This document shows positions 27,749 through 37,440 of a stretch of DNA of 64,000 bases, piece by piece. The stretch is from a virus. Position numbers and translations under genes: made by a program. The DNA lies in the IMG/VR virus record IMGVR_UViG_3300032893_000008, positions 32,001 through 96,000 of that record; one strand, 5' to 3'. The notes under the pieces were generated by a model that made no database searches, was not told the DNA's origin, and worked only from the letters and a program-made list of their open reading frames with translations. How positions within the stretch are numbered: the stretch's first letter is position 1; each line of letters starts with the position of its first letter.

Positions 27749-28393
27749 ATGAAATCAAGTATTTACAAGCCCCATGTCCGTATATATAGATTAGATAATA
27801 ATTCAACCGAAAGAACCAGGGTGTGGAGGCTGCGGAAGAAGGCAGAGAGGGAATCCCTGGAAGCGGAAAAGGCAGTCATGGAAGAAAAAGAGAAAATCTG
27901 GAACCAGGCTATTATCGATCTACGGAAGACTTTCCGTGAGGATCGGAAGCGGGAGCATCTTTTCAACCACCTGGTAGCTTTCTTTCAGACCCTCAAGGAG
28001 GGCTCATGGGAACTGGAGGAGGTATCAGCTGCAGGGAAAAAGAGGGAGGTGGTCGGGGTCTTCTATGTAAACTGGATCGGTGGTAAAACCAGCAATAAGG
28101 CTAAGCGATATCTCCAACGCGTGGAGATGGAATGGACTAGCGCCATCGCCTATGTCTGGGGCACTTTCAAGACCGCTGATGTCGAATCTCGTCCTGTTAC
28201 GCCATCTGTGACGGAAGAGGCGGAAGAAGAAGAGGAAGATGTCGACTTGATCGAACTGGAGCAGTTTCGAAAGGAACACGAGCAATCGGAACGGGAGCGG
28301 TTGCGCCGCCTGGAAGCGCTGGAGGCCAGCGGTATCATCAGTGACGATCAGCGCCGCTGGTTGACTGAGCTACGGGAAAAGTTCACGAAATGA
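27749..28393 (+). CDS. hypothetical protein upstream of the DnaB-like helicase; start uncertain (27749, 27820 or 27878)
   Basis: Glu-rich helical ORF overlapping the helicase start. Confidence 0.6.
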   Translation: MKSSIYKPHVRIYRLDNNSTERTRVWRLRKKAERESLEAEKAVMEEKEKIWNQAIIDLRKTFREDRKREHLFNHLVAFFQTLKEGSWELEEVSAAGKKREVVGVFYVNWIGGKTSNKAKRYLQRVEMEWTSAIAYVWGTFKTADVESRPVTPSVTEEAEEEEEDVDLIELEQFRKEHEQSERERLRRLEALEASGIISDDQRRWLTELREKFTK

Positions 28394-29628
28394 CCGGACT
28401 CACTAATACCCAGAAGCTCATCGATCATGTCGCTAACGGTCTCTCGGCCCTGACCGGCCAGCCGAAGGCGGAGATCGTGGCTATTCTGGATTATCGCGTA
28501 GATCTCCAGAAACGTCAAGGCGTTAGCTTTGCGCATGAGCTGAAGCTTCTCTCTGGGGGAAACGAAGAAGCCAAAACCCTCTGGGAGAAAATCCGCGGCG
28601 GCTCGCTGGGCGCCCTGGGAGAGCAGGGAGCGATTGAGTTGCGCTTCCAGAAGAACTACATGGAGCCTAGGCTTAAGGCCCTGGAGTTCAAGGAGCTGGA
28701 GAAGACGCTGGAGCAGCCATCGGAAGAAGCGCTCGTCGAGGCCCAGAAAGCTTTCGAACAGTCCCTCGACTTGCGAGCCAAGCTAGCTCCCCTTCCCCTT
28801 CTGGTAACTCCTGGAGTCGCCGCTTTGGCGCGCTTGGTTCCGGGGGAGCTTCATCTTTGGGGCGCTGAAACGAAGCACGGCAAAACGACAAATTGCGCCG
28901 GCATTCACGAACCCCTGGTTAACCAAGGGCTTAAGACTGCACATATCACGATCGAGGAGGCTGAGGATACCTTCCGCCTCCGCGTGGCGTGCCTGACCGA
29001 AGGGATCGACGTAACGCACGTCGGTGCGGGGAAACTACCTCAAGACGCCGTGGACCGCATCAAGGTCCGCGTAGCGCAGCAGAGGCCCTTTCTACGAGTG
29101 ATCGCCGGCCCTAGCTTCGGCCGGCCGGACATCTTTGCTCAGGCGCTGGAATCCTTCAAGGACGGTGGCTATACGATCATCACTTTCGACTACATCTCCA
29201 AAGCGATCACGTCCAACTCGGAAGGGCAAAACCGAGCGGAGCAGGAAAAAATCATGATCGCGTGTGAAAAATTTGTTAAATGTGGCATCCCCATGGTAGT
29301 CTTCGGTCAGTTGCGCAAGTTCGATCCGAAAGTGAAGTCGGAAGGTGTAGGTGAGCGTTTCCGCGGAAACCGATCGCTGCATCTTCTGGCAGACAATACG
29401 ATCGAGATGCGAGCCTATAAGAAAGCAGGTGTTACTCGTTGGAAACGTTGCAATACCCGGTGGGAAGATAATCGTTTGTCAATTTGCTGGACGCAACTTG
29501 TTAATGGTCGGCATCAGGACATTCCCGAAACAGAAGCGAACCAGCGGATTGCAGACATGGTTCAACGAAAAGCTGATGAAGAAGCCGGCAATCTCTCTGA
29601 CCTCTCTAAGTCCCTAAACGATGACTGA
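28390..29628 (+). CDS. DnaB-like (SF4) replicative helicase, divergent
   Basis: LVPGELHLWGAETKHGKTT, ITIEE, TFDYI, FGQL and LADNTI motifs. Confidence 0.75.
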   Translation: MTGLTNTQKLIDHVANGLSALTGQPKAEIVAILDYRVDLQKRQGVSFAHELKLLSGGNEEAKTLWEKIRGGSLGALGEQGAIELRFQKNYMEPRLKALEFKELEKTLEQPSEEALVEAQKAFEQSLDLRAKLAPLPLLVTPGVAALARLVPGELHLWGAETKHGKTTNCAGIHEPLVNQGLKTAHITIEEAEDTFRLRVACLTEGIDVTHVGAGKLPQDAVDRIKVRVAQQRPFLRVIAGPSFGRPDIFAQALESFKDGGYTIITFDYISKAITSNSEGQNRAEQEKIMIACEKFVKCGIPMVVFGQLRKFDPKVKSEGVGERFRGNRSLHLLADNTIEMRAYKKAGVTRWKRCNTRWEDNRLSICWTQLVNGRHQDIPETEANQRIADMVQRKADEEAGNLSDLSKSLNDD

Positions 29629-30550
29629 CCTAAACATCGAAAACTGGGTATACACCCTATTCAACAAAGGAGAGTTTACGGCCGCCGGCGACCGCGAGGA
29701 GGATATGGGCCCCTGGTGTCGCAAGCCCGGCAGTGGCATCATCCCCGTAGAGAGCCTTCTGAAGATTCAGCCGGCGAAGTTCTGCATCAATCCTTTGCGT
29801 AAGGGAGCGCCCACCAGGAGTGACGCCAACCTGACTGCCCATCGGTCGTTCTTGATCGAGATCGACAAAGATGCTGACGGTAACTTGATGAGCGAGGCGG
29901 ACCAGGAGCGCTACATCGAAGACCTCGGACTCCCCTGGTCTGCTCGTGTGTGGACTGGGGGTAAGTCTCTCCACCACCTTATCACCCTGTCGGAGGATCT
30001 AACTGCGGAGCAATCGGATGCGCTACGAGACCGAATTTTTGGCACAGACATCCACAATCGTGGACCTATCCCGATTTGCGATTTTGGAGTGCGCCTGAAG
30101 TGCCAGGTGGCTCGCGTTCCGTTTCACGTTCGTAACGACGGAAAGTATCACGAGCAATTGCAGCGGCTTACGGGTCTTCGGGGGCGCGTTAAGTTCTCGG
30201 ACTTGAATGATTGGTTGACCTCTAAGGGGTTCCCCTGGGTTCCGCCGAAGCCCAAGGTGCATCACCACTCCAAGAAGGACGCAGCTCGGCGCCTCCTAGA
30301 TGATCCAGACGGTTTTCACCTCAAGCTCCCGCTATCCGGAAAGATCCAACAGCTTTTGAATGAAGGTTCAGTGTCCGGCGAGTCCAACAACCGCATGGCG
30401 CGTGTAGCCATGGGGATGGCGAGCAAGGGCTGGAACGAGGAAGAGATGTTCGAGGCCCTTCGAGAAAATTTCATCTCCCAGTCCGATGTTGAGATCTCCC
30501 GTGCCATCCGGGGCGCTCTTCGCAAACAGGCCGAGCAGGACGGCGAGTAA
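29621..30550 (+). CDS. AEP-type primase/primase-polymerase
   Basis: FCINPL, FLIEIDKD, WTGGKSLH and ARVP motifs, PriCT-like C-terminus; adjacent to the helicase. Confidence 0.75.
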   Translation: MTDLNIENWVYTLFNKGEFTAAGDREEDMGPWCRKPGSGIIPVESLLKIQPAKFCINPLRKGAPTRSDANLTAHRSFLIEIDKDADGNLMSEADQERYIEDLGLPWSARVWTGGKSLHHLITLSEDLTAEQSDALRDRIFGTDIHNRGPIPICDFGVRLKCQVARVPFHVRNDGKYHEQLQRLTGLRGRVKFSDLNDWLTSKGFPWVPPKPKVHHHSKKDAARRLLDDPDGFHLKLPLSGKIQQLLNEGSVSGESNNRMARVAMGMASKGWNEEEMFEALRENFISQSDVEISRAIRGALRKQAEQDGE

Positions 30551-30595
30551 ACCCCGTCCGGAGCTGGAAAATCGACTTCTGGTAGAATACGCCTT

Positions 30596-30829
30596 GTGTT
30601 TAAGAAAGGCGATATCGTCAGAATTACGACCCAGAACGCTACCTTGTGGCCTTACTACGGCCAGAAGGGAGAGGTCAGCCGGCCGTCATACAGCGAAGCC
30701 AAAAGCGGGACCGTTTATGAGGTCGAAGTTAAAGACCCCAAGAACGGTCGGGTCGGTCTTCTCCTGGATGAAACAGAAATGGTCCTCTGGAATGGGCTCG
30801 ATGAAGCGATGAAGGCGAGTAATGGGTAA
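30596..30829 (+). CDS. small SH3/KOW-like protein
   Basis: MFKKGDIVRI...GQKGEV; extended -10 7 nt upstream. Confidence 0.65.
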   Translation: MFKKGDIVRITTQNATLWPYYGQKGEVSRPSYSEAKSGTVYEVEVKDPKNGRVGLLLDETEMVLWNGLDEAMKASNG

Positions 30830-31676
30830 GAAAGTCTGGTGCGAGTTTCACAAAATTGAGCATGACCTCGATTTAGTTGAAAGATTCGCAGCAAAAACGG
30901 GCGAAAAGAAAGGTGTTTGTCCGATCACGGCTGCTACAGAAGTCCAGACGGGTGCTTACATTCTTGAGCCTGAATACGCTATCGTCCACAAATCAGCGAC
31001 TGAAGCCCGCTGGCCCCAGAACGTTGATCTCTTGATCACCAAGCTCCCCGCCACCGAGAAGGAAGGCTACACCCAAGGGTTGGTAGCTTTCATCGCCGGC
31101 CAGACGTTCAAGCAGATGAACCCGAACTCCCTCGCCTTTGTGATCGTATCGAGCTACAAGGAACAGAAGGAACGCCCCTACCTGATCGTGGAGATCTTCA
31201 AGTCCGCGGGCTTCCAGTTCATCGACACGATTATCTGGGAGAAAAACAAATACACTCCCACCCAAGGCGGTAAGCGCCTTAACAACGTCTACGATTTCGT
31301 CTTCCTCTTCGCCAAGGGTGACAACTATCACCTGGATCGTGAGGCGATTGCATACCTCCGTCGTGATGGGCACGGAGAATACCTGTGCGCCGGCAACGTA
31401 TGGCGCATCAAGGTCGACGAAAAAGATTCGGTTCCTCAGGAACTCGCAGAAGTGGCGATCAAGCTATCGAATCTGCTGCCGAATTCCACGATCGTAGATC
31501 CGTTCATGGACACCGGCGCGGTGCTACGAGCAGCACTTCACACTCAACACTCGTTCTGGGGATGCGAGTCTAGTCCCCTCAAGTTCAAGAGGTGCCAGAA
31601 AGTAGTGCGTGACTACCGCACTGCTCTCTTGGCCGGCAAAGACCCCGAATCGATTCTCAACGGAGAGACAGCGTGA
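30822..31676 (+). CDS. beta-class N4/N6 DNA methyltransferase-like protein with degenerate motifs
   Basis: GFQFIDTIIWEK, YDFVFLFAK, GNVWRI and PQELAE motifs are present, but LITKLPA replaces (D/S)PPY and DPFMDTG replaces DPFxGSG. Confidence 0.75.
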   Translation: MGKKVWCEFHKIEHDLDLVERFAAKTGEKKGVCPITAATEVQTGAYILEPEYAIVHKSATEARWPQNVDLLITKLPATEKEGYTQGLVAFIAGQTFKQMNPNSLAFVIVSSYKEQKERPYLIVEIFKSAGFQFIDTIIWEKNKYTPTQGGKRLNNVYDFVFLFAKGDNYHLDREAIAYLRRDGHGEYLCAGNVWRIKVDEKDSVPQELAEVAIKLSNLLPNSTIVDPFMDTGAVLRAALHTQHSFWGCESSPLKFKRCQKVVRDYRTALLAGKDPESILNGETA

Positions 31677-33406
31677 ACGGATTCTCGATCAAGGCAAAAG
31701 GCAAGGAAATTCGTCTCAAGGGCCCTGCCCTTAACGATGCCATTCTTCAGACGATGCACACCCTATCCCAGATCGTCGGTTCGACGCTCGGGCCGGGCGG
31801 TAACGTCGTGCTCCTGGAGCGCATTGGACTGCCGCCTCTGATCACTAAGGACGGCGTCACGGTAGCGTCGAACGTCGCCTTCAAGGACGCAACGCAATAC
31901 GTCCTCGGCGAGGCAGCGAAGGAAGCTTCGCTCCGCACGAACGTCGAGGCTGGCGACGGCACGACGACCGTCATCGTCCTGGCGGAAGCCCTGACCCGCT
32001 ACGGCCTAGAGTATCTTTCCAAGCATCCCAACAAATCGCCGCAGGAAATCTGCCGCGAACTGGATGCAGTTGTTGAGAAGTGCGTGGCTCGACTACAGAA
32101 GGCGGCGAAGAAGGTCACCACCAAGCAAGATCTGCACAAGGTTGCACTGGTCTCGGCGAACTTCGATGAGTCGATCGCCGGCGCCGTCATCGAGGCGCTC
32201 GATCAGGTTGGTAACGACGGCACGATCATCACCGAAGAAGGTTCTAGCCGGCACACGACAGTCGAGATGCAGGAAGGCTTCCCGGTTCGCAAGGGCCTAA
32301 GCACTTTCGGCGCTGTCCAGGAGATTTTCATCAACGATCCCCAGGCGCAGGAATGCGTCCTGCAGAACCCGATGGTCCTGCTTTACGACGGTGATCTGAC
32401 GGATCCCATCAACCTCGCGAATTACCTGCAGAAGTGTTACACGAAGATGATGGAGGAGAAGCAGTCCGCTAGTCCGATCATCGTCGTAGCTCACAAGTTT
32501 TCTCCCCAGGTGCTTCGCCTGATGGCCGAGAACTTCGCGGTCAACCGCGCGCAGATCATCCCCATGGAGACCATGGCTTCGGCGCAGCCGATGTCGCGAC
32601 ATCACTTCCTGCACGACATGGCGGCCTATCTCGGCGCCGACGTTCTGGATCCGATCGCCCATCAGCTCGATGTCTCTACGCCCGAAGCGCTCGGTGGTTG
32701 CGGCCGCGCTCGCATCGGACGCTACCAGTCGGTGCTTTTCGACCCCCTGGATGGCACCGAGCCCCTAGTGGAAAAGCGCATTACCGAGCTGAAGGGCCAG
32801 CTGGAGAACGCAGAGTCAGAATACGACGCCGAGATCATCAAGGAGCGCATCGGCCATCTCCTGGGTGGTATCGCTACGATTTACGTAGGCGGCTCTTCTG
32901 ATCTAGAGATCAAAGAAAAGAAGCACCGTATCGAGGACGCTATTTGCGCCACTCGTTCCGCGGTCGAGCAGGGGATCGTCCCCGGCGGCGGCGCCATGTT
33001 TCTGGCACTCGCCGATAGCCTCCTGGACGAATCCTTCGTTACCGAAGTGGAATCGAGTGACATTCTCGTTCAGGCGCTTCAGATTCCTTTCCAGCGGATT
33101 CTTCTCAACGTAGGGGAATCCCGGCAGAAAATCGAAGAAGCGACCCAGAAAATCATTGATTCCAGGAATAGAATGGGAGTCCCGAAGCTCGTCTACGACG
33201 CGCTTCATCACACCTATGCCAAGCCCTTCAAGGCCGGCATCGTGGATCCCGTGAAAGTAACAGTCGCAACGCTTCAGAATGCGATGTCGATCGCTCAGAT
33301 GCTTTTCACCCTGGGCGGTGCGGTCATTCTCCCGCGCGATCTGGAAGAGGAACGCCAGGCGGAGCTGCAGGCCCAGGCAGTGGCAGCCCAGATGCAGGGC
33401 GCATGA
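31673..33406 (+). CDS. groEL: GroEL-like chaperonin
   Basis: STLGPGG, ITKDGVTVA, AGDGTTT, KEKKHRIEDA, GIVPGGG, GIVDPVKV. Confidence 0.96.
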   Translation: MNGFSIKAKGKEIRLKGPALNDAILQTMHTLSQIVGSTLGPGGNVVLLERIGLPPLITKDGVTVASNVAFKDATQYVLGEAAKEASLRTNVEAGDGTTTVIVLAEALTRYGLEYLSKHPNKSPQEICRELDAVVEKCVARLQKAAKKVTTKQDLHKVALVSANFDESIAGAVIEALDQVGNDGTIITEEGSSRHTTVEMQEGFPVRKGLSTFGAVQEIFINDPQAQECVLQNPMVLLYDGDLTDPINLANYLQKCYTKMMEEKQSASPIIVVAHKFSPQVLRLMAENFAVNRAQIIPMETMASAQPMSRHHFLHDMAAYLGADVLDPIAHQLDVSTPEALGGCGRARIGRYQSVLFDPLDGTEPLVEKRITELKGQLENAESEYDAEIIKERIGHLLGGIATIYVGGSSDLEIKEKKHRIEDAICATRSAVEQGIVPGGGAMFLALADSLLDESFVTEVESSDILVQALQIPFQRILLNVGESRQKIEEATQKIIDSRNRMGVPKLVYDALHHTYAKPFKAGIVDPVKVTVATLQNAMSIAQMLFTLGGAVILPRDLEEERQAELQAQAVAAQMQGA

Positions 33407-33780
33407 TCATCTGGGTGCCGTTCTCGATGGCGGTCGCCGAAGACGGCACCGCTTCGATCGCCGGCATTCCGGTAGAGCATCTGATTCGAGAATTCTCGGT
33501 CCAGGTCGATAACGACAAATTCGAAGCTAAGTTCCGATTGGATGAGGATAATTCCAAGGTTTCTATCCCGGAGAAATGGGCTAACATCTGGCGCCGCCTG
33601 GAAGATCGGACGGCTCCGGATGAGGAGCCTATCATCCGGATCAGAAACGCGCGATATATTTACGCGAATGTGGACACTTGGACGATTTGCGTAGATCACG
33701 AGTCGGAAATTGCTGTTCCGGATGGAATCACAGTCGCCCTGAACTCGCTTTCGGCTGACGCGGTAAAATCTAAGGCATGA
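33403..33780 (+). CDS. hypothetical protein
   Basis: 125 aa with ATGA overlaps. Confidence 0.7.
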   Translation: MIIWVPFSMAVAEDGTASIAGIPVEHLIREFSVQVDNDKFEAKFRLDEDNSKVSIPEKWANIWRRLEDRTAPDEEPIIRIRNARYIYANVDTWTICVDHESEIAVPDGITVALNSLSADAVKSKA

Positions 33781-33983
33781 AGTCAAAGCCAAAGACTCGT
33801 GATTCTGAAACGAGAGAAGTCTATGAAATCGTCAAGCGCCCGGGGAAAGCAGCATTCCTCTTCCGTATCCCTTCGCACACTCTCCGCCTGCGCAAGGATG
33901 GAAATGGTGTGGTCCAGGTGATCGGGGGCGAAGTAGTAGCTCGTCTGGACTGGGAAGAGCTTGCCGTGATCAAGAGGGGCTAA
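33777..33983 (+). CDS. small hypothetical protein
   Basis: 68 aa; GCGGTAAAAT 7 nt upstream. Confidence 0.7.
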   Translation: MKSKPKTRDSETREVYEIVKRPGKAAFLFRIPSHTLRLRKDGNGVVQVIGGEVVARLDWEELAVIKRG

Positions 33984-33984
33984 C

Positions 33985-35001
33985 GTGAAAGACCTATTCC
34001 TCAAAGTCCTCGGCCTTGTCTTCAAAAACTTCGTCCACGTCGTTCTGGGGGTCCTACTCCTGATCATCGCTGCTCTCGGCTACTCGATGTTCAAGCAGCA
34101 CCAAGCGCTTACGAAAGCTAAGAACGACCTGGTGGGGCAGAAGGATGCCTACCAGCAGCTCTCGTCGACCTACGCCAAGCTGGAGACCGACTACGTCTCC
34201 GAGAAGTCCCTGGCAGAGCAGGCGAAGAAGAATTGGCAGAACGAGCTGGCCGAGAACAAGAAGCTGAAGGATCAGCTCCGCGGGCTCGCAAGCGCTACGT
34301 TCTCAGTGTCGCAGACCCCGGTCGTTGGCGCTCCCGACAAGCTCGTCCCCGGGCCAGACGGCTACCTCTACCAGGAGATCACCTACCAGGACGCCAAGGG
34401 CAAGCAGGGCCCGCCGACAGGCTTCGTGAAGGTCGCCAACCAGACTGGCGTGGTGACGTCGAAGCTCTTTGACCACGACATCCAGATCGAGACTGCGATC
34501 GCCGTCGACCCCAAGTCGGGCAAGGTGGAAGTCTTCTCCAAGGGCTATTACGTGCTTCGGGAGCCCTCCCTGGCCGATACCGACCCCTCCAGCGGGAAGA
34601 CGAGCTGGAAAGACGTGCGCTACCCCCTGAACATCACCGGCGGGTCTCTTGTCTACTCCCCTGGTGCTCCGCCGGCCGCTGCCAGCTACCCCAGTCGTTT
34701 CCTGGTGGCTCCGCATCTTAACGCTGGCGTTTTCGCAGCGCTCACAACGGACCAGGGAGTCGAGGAGGGTGCTCACGTAGACGTCACCTGGCTCGGCTAT
34801 GGTCGCACCAAGAACGACCTAGACTTCAAGTTCGTCGGTCTGGGAACCGACTTCAACAAGAACTATGGCGATGTATCCTTTGTGCCAGTCTCGTATCGCG
34901 TTCCGTTCATCCCGCTGATCTCCAATCTGTGGGTCTCCCCTACGATCGGCCTGGACGTCGGCGGCAAGGCTTTCGGACTTACTGTAGAGGGCACGCTGTA
35001 A
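33985..35001 (+). CDS. membrane-anchored coiled-coil protein with beta-rich C-terminus
   Basis: TM helix VHVVLGVLLLIIAALGYSMF, then a coiled coil, then amphipathic strands ending FGLTVEGTL. Confidence 0.7.
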   Translation: MKDLFLKVLGLVFKNFVHVVLGVLLLIIAALGYSMFKQHQALTKAKNDLVGQKDAYQQLSSTYAKLETDYVSEKSLAEQAKKNWQNELAENKKLKDQLRGLASATFSVSQTPVVGAPDKLVPGPDGYLYQEITYQDAKGKQGPPTGFVKVANQTGVVTSKLFDHDIQIETAIAVDPKSGKVEVFSKGYYVLREPSLADTDPSSGKTSWKDVRYPLNITGGSLVYSPGAPPAAASYPSRFLVAPHLNAGVFAALTTDQGVEEGAHVDVTWLGYGRTKNDLDFKFVGLGTDFNKNYGDVSFVPVSYRVPFIPLISNLWVSPTIGLDVGGKAFGLTVEGTL

Positions 35002-35002
35002 C

Positions 35003-35344
35003 ATGCCCCGCTATACCTACCGACACGACGATCCGGATCACGTAATCGAGCTGAACCGCAAGGTGGCCGAGCGCGATCTGCCGGCGAAGTGTCCGCTCTG
35101 CAAGAAACCGATGGAGCGCTCCCTGGCTACGGTAGCACCCCCTACCGTCTTGGAGCGGGTAGACCAGCACCGCAACGTAAAGCAGCGCCAGAACAACGCT
35201 GAACGCGTTCGGAAGCGCGCCAAGAAGTTCTTCATCGAGAACGAAATGCCCAACCTCGTAGGGGAGCATGGCTTGGAACAGGCAAAACGCGCCGGCTGGG
35301 TTAAAAAAGACGGTAAGATGGTTAAGGTCGGCGACCTGAAGTGA
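35003..35344 (+). CDS. FmdB-like zinc-ribbon protein
   Basis: MPRYTYRH...H...AKCPLCKKPMER. Confidence 0.7.
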   Translation: MPRYTYRHDDPDHVIELNRKVAERDLPAKCPLCKKPMERSLATVAPPTVLERVDQHRNVKQRQNNAERVRKRAKKFFIENEMPNLVGEHGLEQAKRAGWVKKDGKMVKVGDLK

Positions 35345-35523
35345 ACGATCTAGAAAGACAGCGAAAGAAACGCGAGCGTAGAGCGGCCTTGGCTAGGGAT
35401 GAAGTCCCTGAAGGGTGCACCTCGACTACGTTCATTTGCCCGGATTGCTCAGGCGTGATGATGCTCATCTTCGATGAAGACCGTAAGCTCCTGAAGACGA
35501 TCGACCTGAGGAAAGAAACTTGA
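35341..35523 (+). CDS. small Zn-ribbon-like hypothetical protein
   Basis: CPDC motif; overlaps both neighbours. Confidence 0.6.
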   Translation: MNDLERQRKKRERRAALARDEVPEGCTSTTFICPDCSGVMMLIFDEDRKLLKTIDLRKET

Positions 35524-37433
35524 AATTCAAGTCCTTCTACGCTGAGAATTTCATCACCTTCCCGGTCATCGAGCTGGAGTTTGATTCCAGTGATCGCGGG
35601 CTGACGCTCGTCGACGGCTGGAACCACGACCAGGGGCAGGCTAACGGCGCCGGCAAGTCAGTGCTCTTCAACTCGATCGCGTTCGCGGTCTACGGGAAGA
35701 CTGCTACGGACGTGAACCTCGCGGATCTGGTCCCGGAATGGGGTGGCACCCTCAAGACCGTCGTGATGGTAGAGACGGCTGCCGGAATGCTCATCATCGA
35801 GCGCACGCGCAAGCCGAATGCAGTCAAGCTCTTCGTCAACAACGTCGAGTTCAAAGGCACCGCAGAATCCGTCGAGAAACGCATCCTGGAACTGGTAGGG
35901 CTCACCTTCGAACAGTTTCTCCAGGTGGCCTACTTCTACCAGGGGGCTCGGGATCGGTTCGTCGACGTCAACGACACGGCCAAGAAGTCGTTCCTGGCTT
36001 CCGTCCTGGGACTCGACAAATGTGAAATCGCCTACACCAAGGCTCACGAGAAGCTGAAGACCGCTGAGTCCGCAAAAGCGACCCTCGATGGTAAGGTTTC
36101 GACGCTCAAGAGCGTGCTCCAGGGGCAGCAGGCTGCTCACGAGAACGCTCTACGAACCCTGGATGCATTCATAGAGGCTCGGCCGGCGAAGGAAGCTGAG
36201 ATACGCGGGCGCTACGCTTCGGATGACAAGGAAACGCAGCTCCAGAAGCGTCTGGAAGCCGCCGAAGCGGCCAAGAAGGTCGCCGAAGGCGAAGCTGAGG
36301 AAGCATTGAAGATTGTCCTCCCCGATCGAGCCAAGCTCGTTGAGCAGCAGGAGCTTGGCATTAAGGCCGGCCAGATGGTCGCGCGCCTACGGGCAGAGAT
36401 CGAGTCGTCAGAGCGTGAGCTGCGAACTTTGCGCAGGGACCAGGAGAAACTCGGCGGCACTTCCGCGGCGCCGGCGAATTGCTATGCCTGTGGACAAGCC
36501 CTGCCGCAGGATCCGTCCGCGCACGAACGTATCCACAAGGAGATCGAGGCTAAGAAAGCGGAAATCGAGACCGTTACCGCCAAGATCGTCGAGAACCAGG
36601 GGAAGCTAGCCAAGGCTGAAACGCTTGCGCGGAAGTGCGATGGCGCTCGCCAGCAAATCACCGATCTGAATGCCCAGATCGCCGTGATTCAGAACAAGAG
36701 TTTCCAGGTTCAGCTGAAGATTCAGGAAGTGAACGCAGCAAAAGCAGCTCTCGCCGGCGTGGAGCAGCTGAAGGCGCAGCGCGAACAGGCCATGAAGAAC
36801 GAGCTGGCTAGCCTGAACGATCGCGAAGAATCCCTGATCGATCAGTCTTCGGCCGCTGGCGCGATGGCGGCAACGACTCAAAACAAGCTCGATGAAGCTT
36901 CGACGCAGCTGAACAAGGCCAAGGACGAGATTGCCTATCTGCAGGAAACCAAACGAATCTTCTCCCCAATTGGACTCCGGGCGCACGTCGTCGATGGCGT
37001 CGTTTCCGAGCTGAACGAACGGATTGAGCACTACCTGAGCGAACTGTTTTCGGGCCAGATGCGATTCCACTACGACCTGGACGAATCCGGGAAGCTGATC
37101 GGCAAGCTTTTCTTCGCCGGCCGTGAGCGATCGTCCCTAGCTACGCTCTCCGGTGGTCAGCGGCAGCGTGTGCGACTTGCGGTCGATCTGGCACTCTCCG
37201 ACGTCGTAGCCAACCGTCTGGCCGTGAAGACGAATGTGATGTTCCTGGACGAGGTTACGGACGGCATGGATTCCATCGGGCGTGAAGGTCTAATGGCGAT
37301 CTTGAGCGAGCTAGAGCGAAGTCGAGATGCTATTTTTGTGGCCGATCACGAATCGGAGTTCAAGTCTCGGTTTTCTCGAAGCATTTGGCTTGAACTGAAA
37401 AAAGGGCAAACGTCGATGTCCCGTGGGGTATGA
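35520..37433 (+). CDS. SbcC/Rad50/T4 gp46-like ABC ATPase
   Basis: NGAGKS, long coiled coil with CYAC Zn-hook, LSGGQ, FLDE, ADH. Confidence 0.93.
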   Translation: MKFKSFYAENFITFPVIELEFDSSDRGLTLVDGWNHDQGQANGAGKSVLFNSIAFAVYGKTATDVNLADLVPEWGGTLKTVVMVETAAGMLIIERTRKPNAVKLFVNNVEFKGTAESVEKRILELVGLTFEQFLQVAYFYQGARDRFVDVNDTAKKSFLASVLGLDKCEIAYTKAHEKLKTAESAKATLDGKVSTLKSVLQGQQAAHENALRTLDAFIEARPAKEAEIRGRYASDDKETQLQKRLEAAEAAKKVAEGEAEEALKIVLPDRAKLVEQQELGIKAGQMVARLRAEIESSERELRTLRRDQEKLGGTSAAPANCYACGQALPQDPSAHERIHKEIEAKKAEIETVTAKIVENQGKLAKAETLARKCDGARQQITDLNAQIAVIQNKSFQVQLKIQEVNAAKAALAGVEQLKAQREQAMKNELASLNDREESLIDQSSAAGAMAATTQNKLDEASTQLNKAKDEIAYLQETKRIFSPIGLRAHVVDGVVSELNERIEHYLSELFSGQMRFHYDLDESGKLIGKLFFAGRERSSLATLSGGQRQRVRLAVDLALSDVVANRLAVKTNVMFLDEVTDGMDSIGREGLMAILSELERSRDAIFVADHESEFKSRFSRSIWLELKKGQTSMSRGV

Positions 37434-37440
37434 TCTAGTT

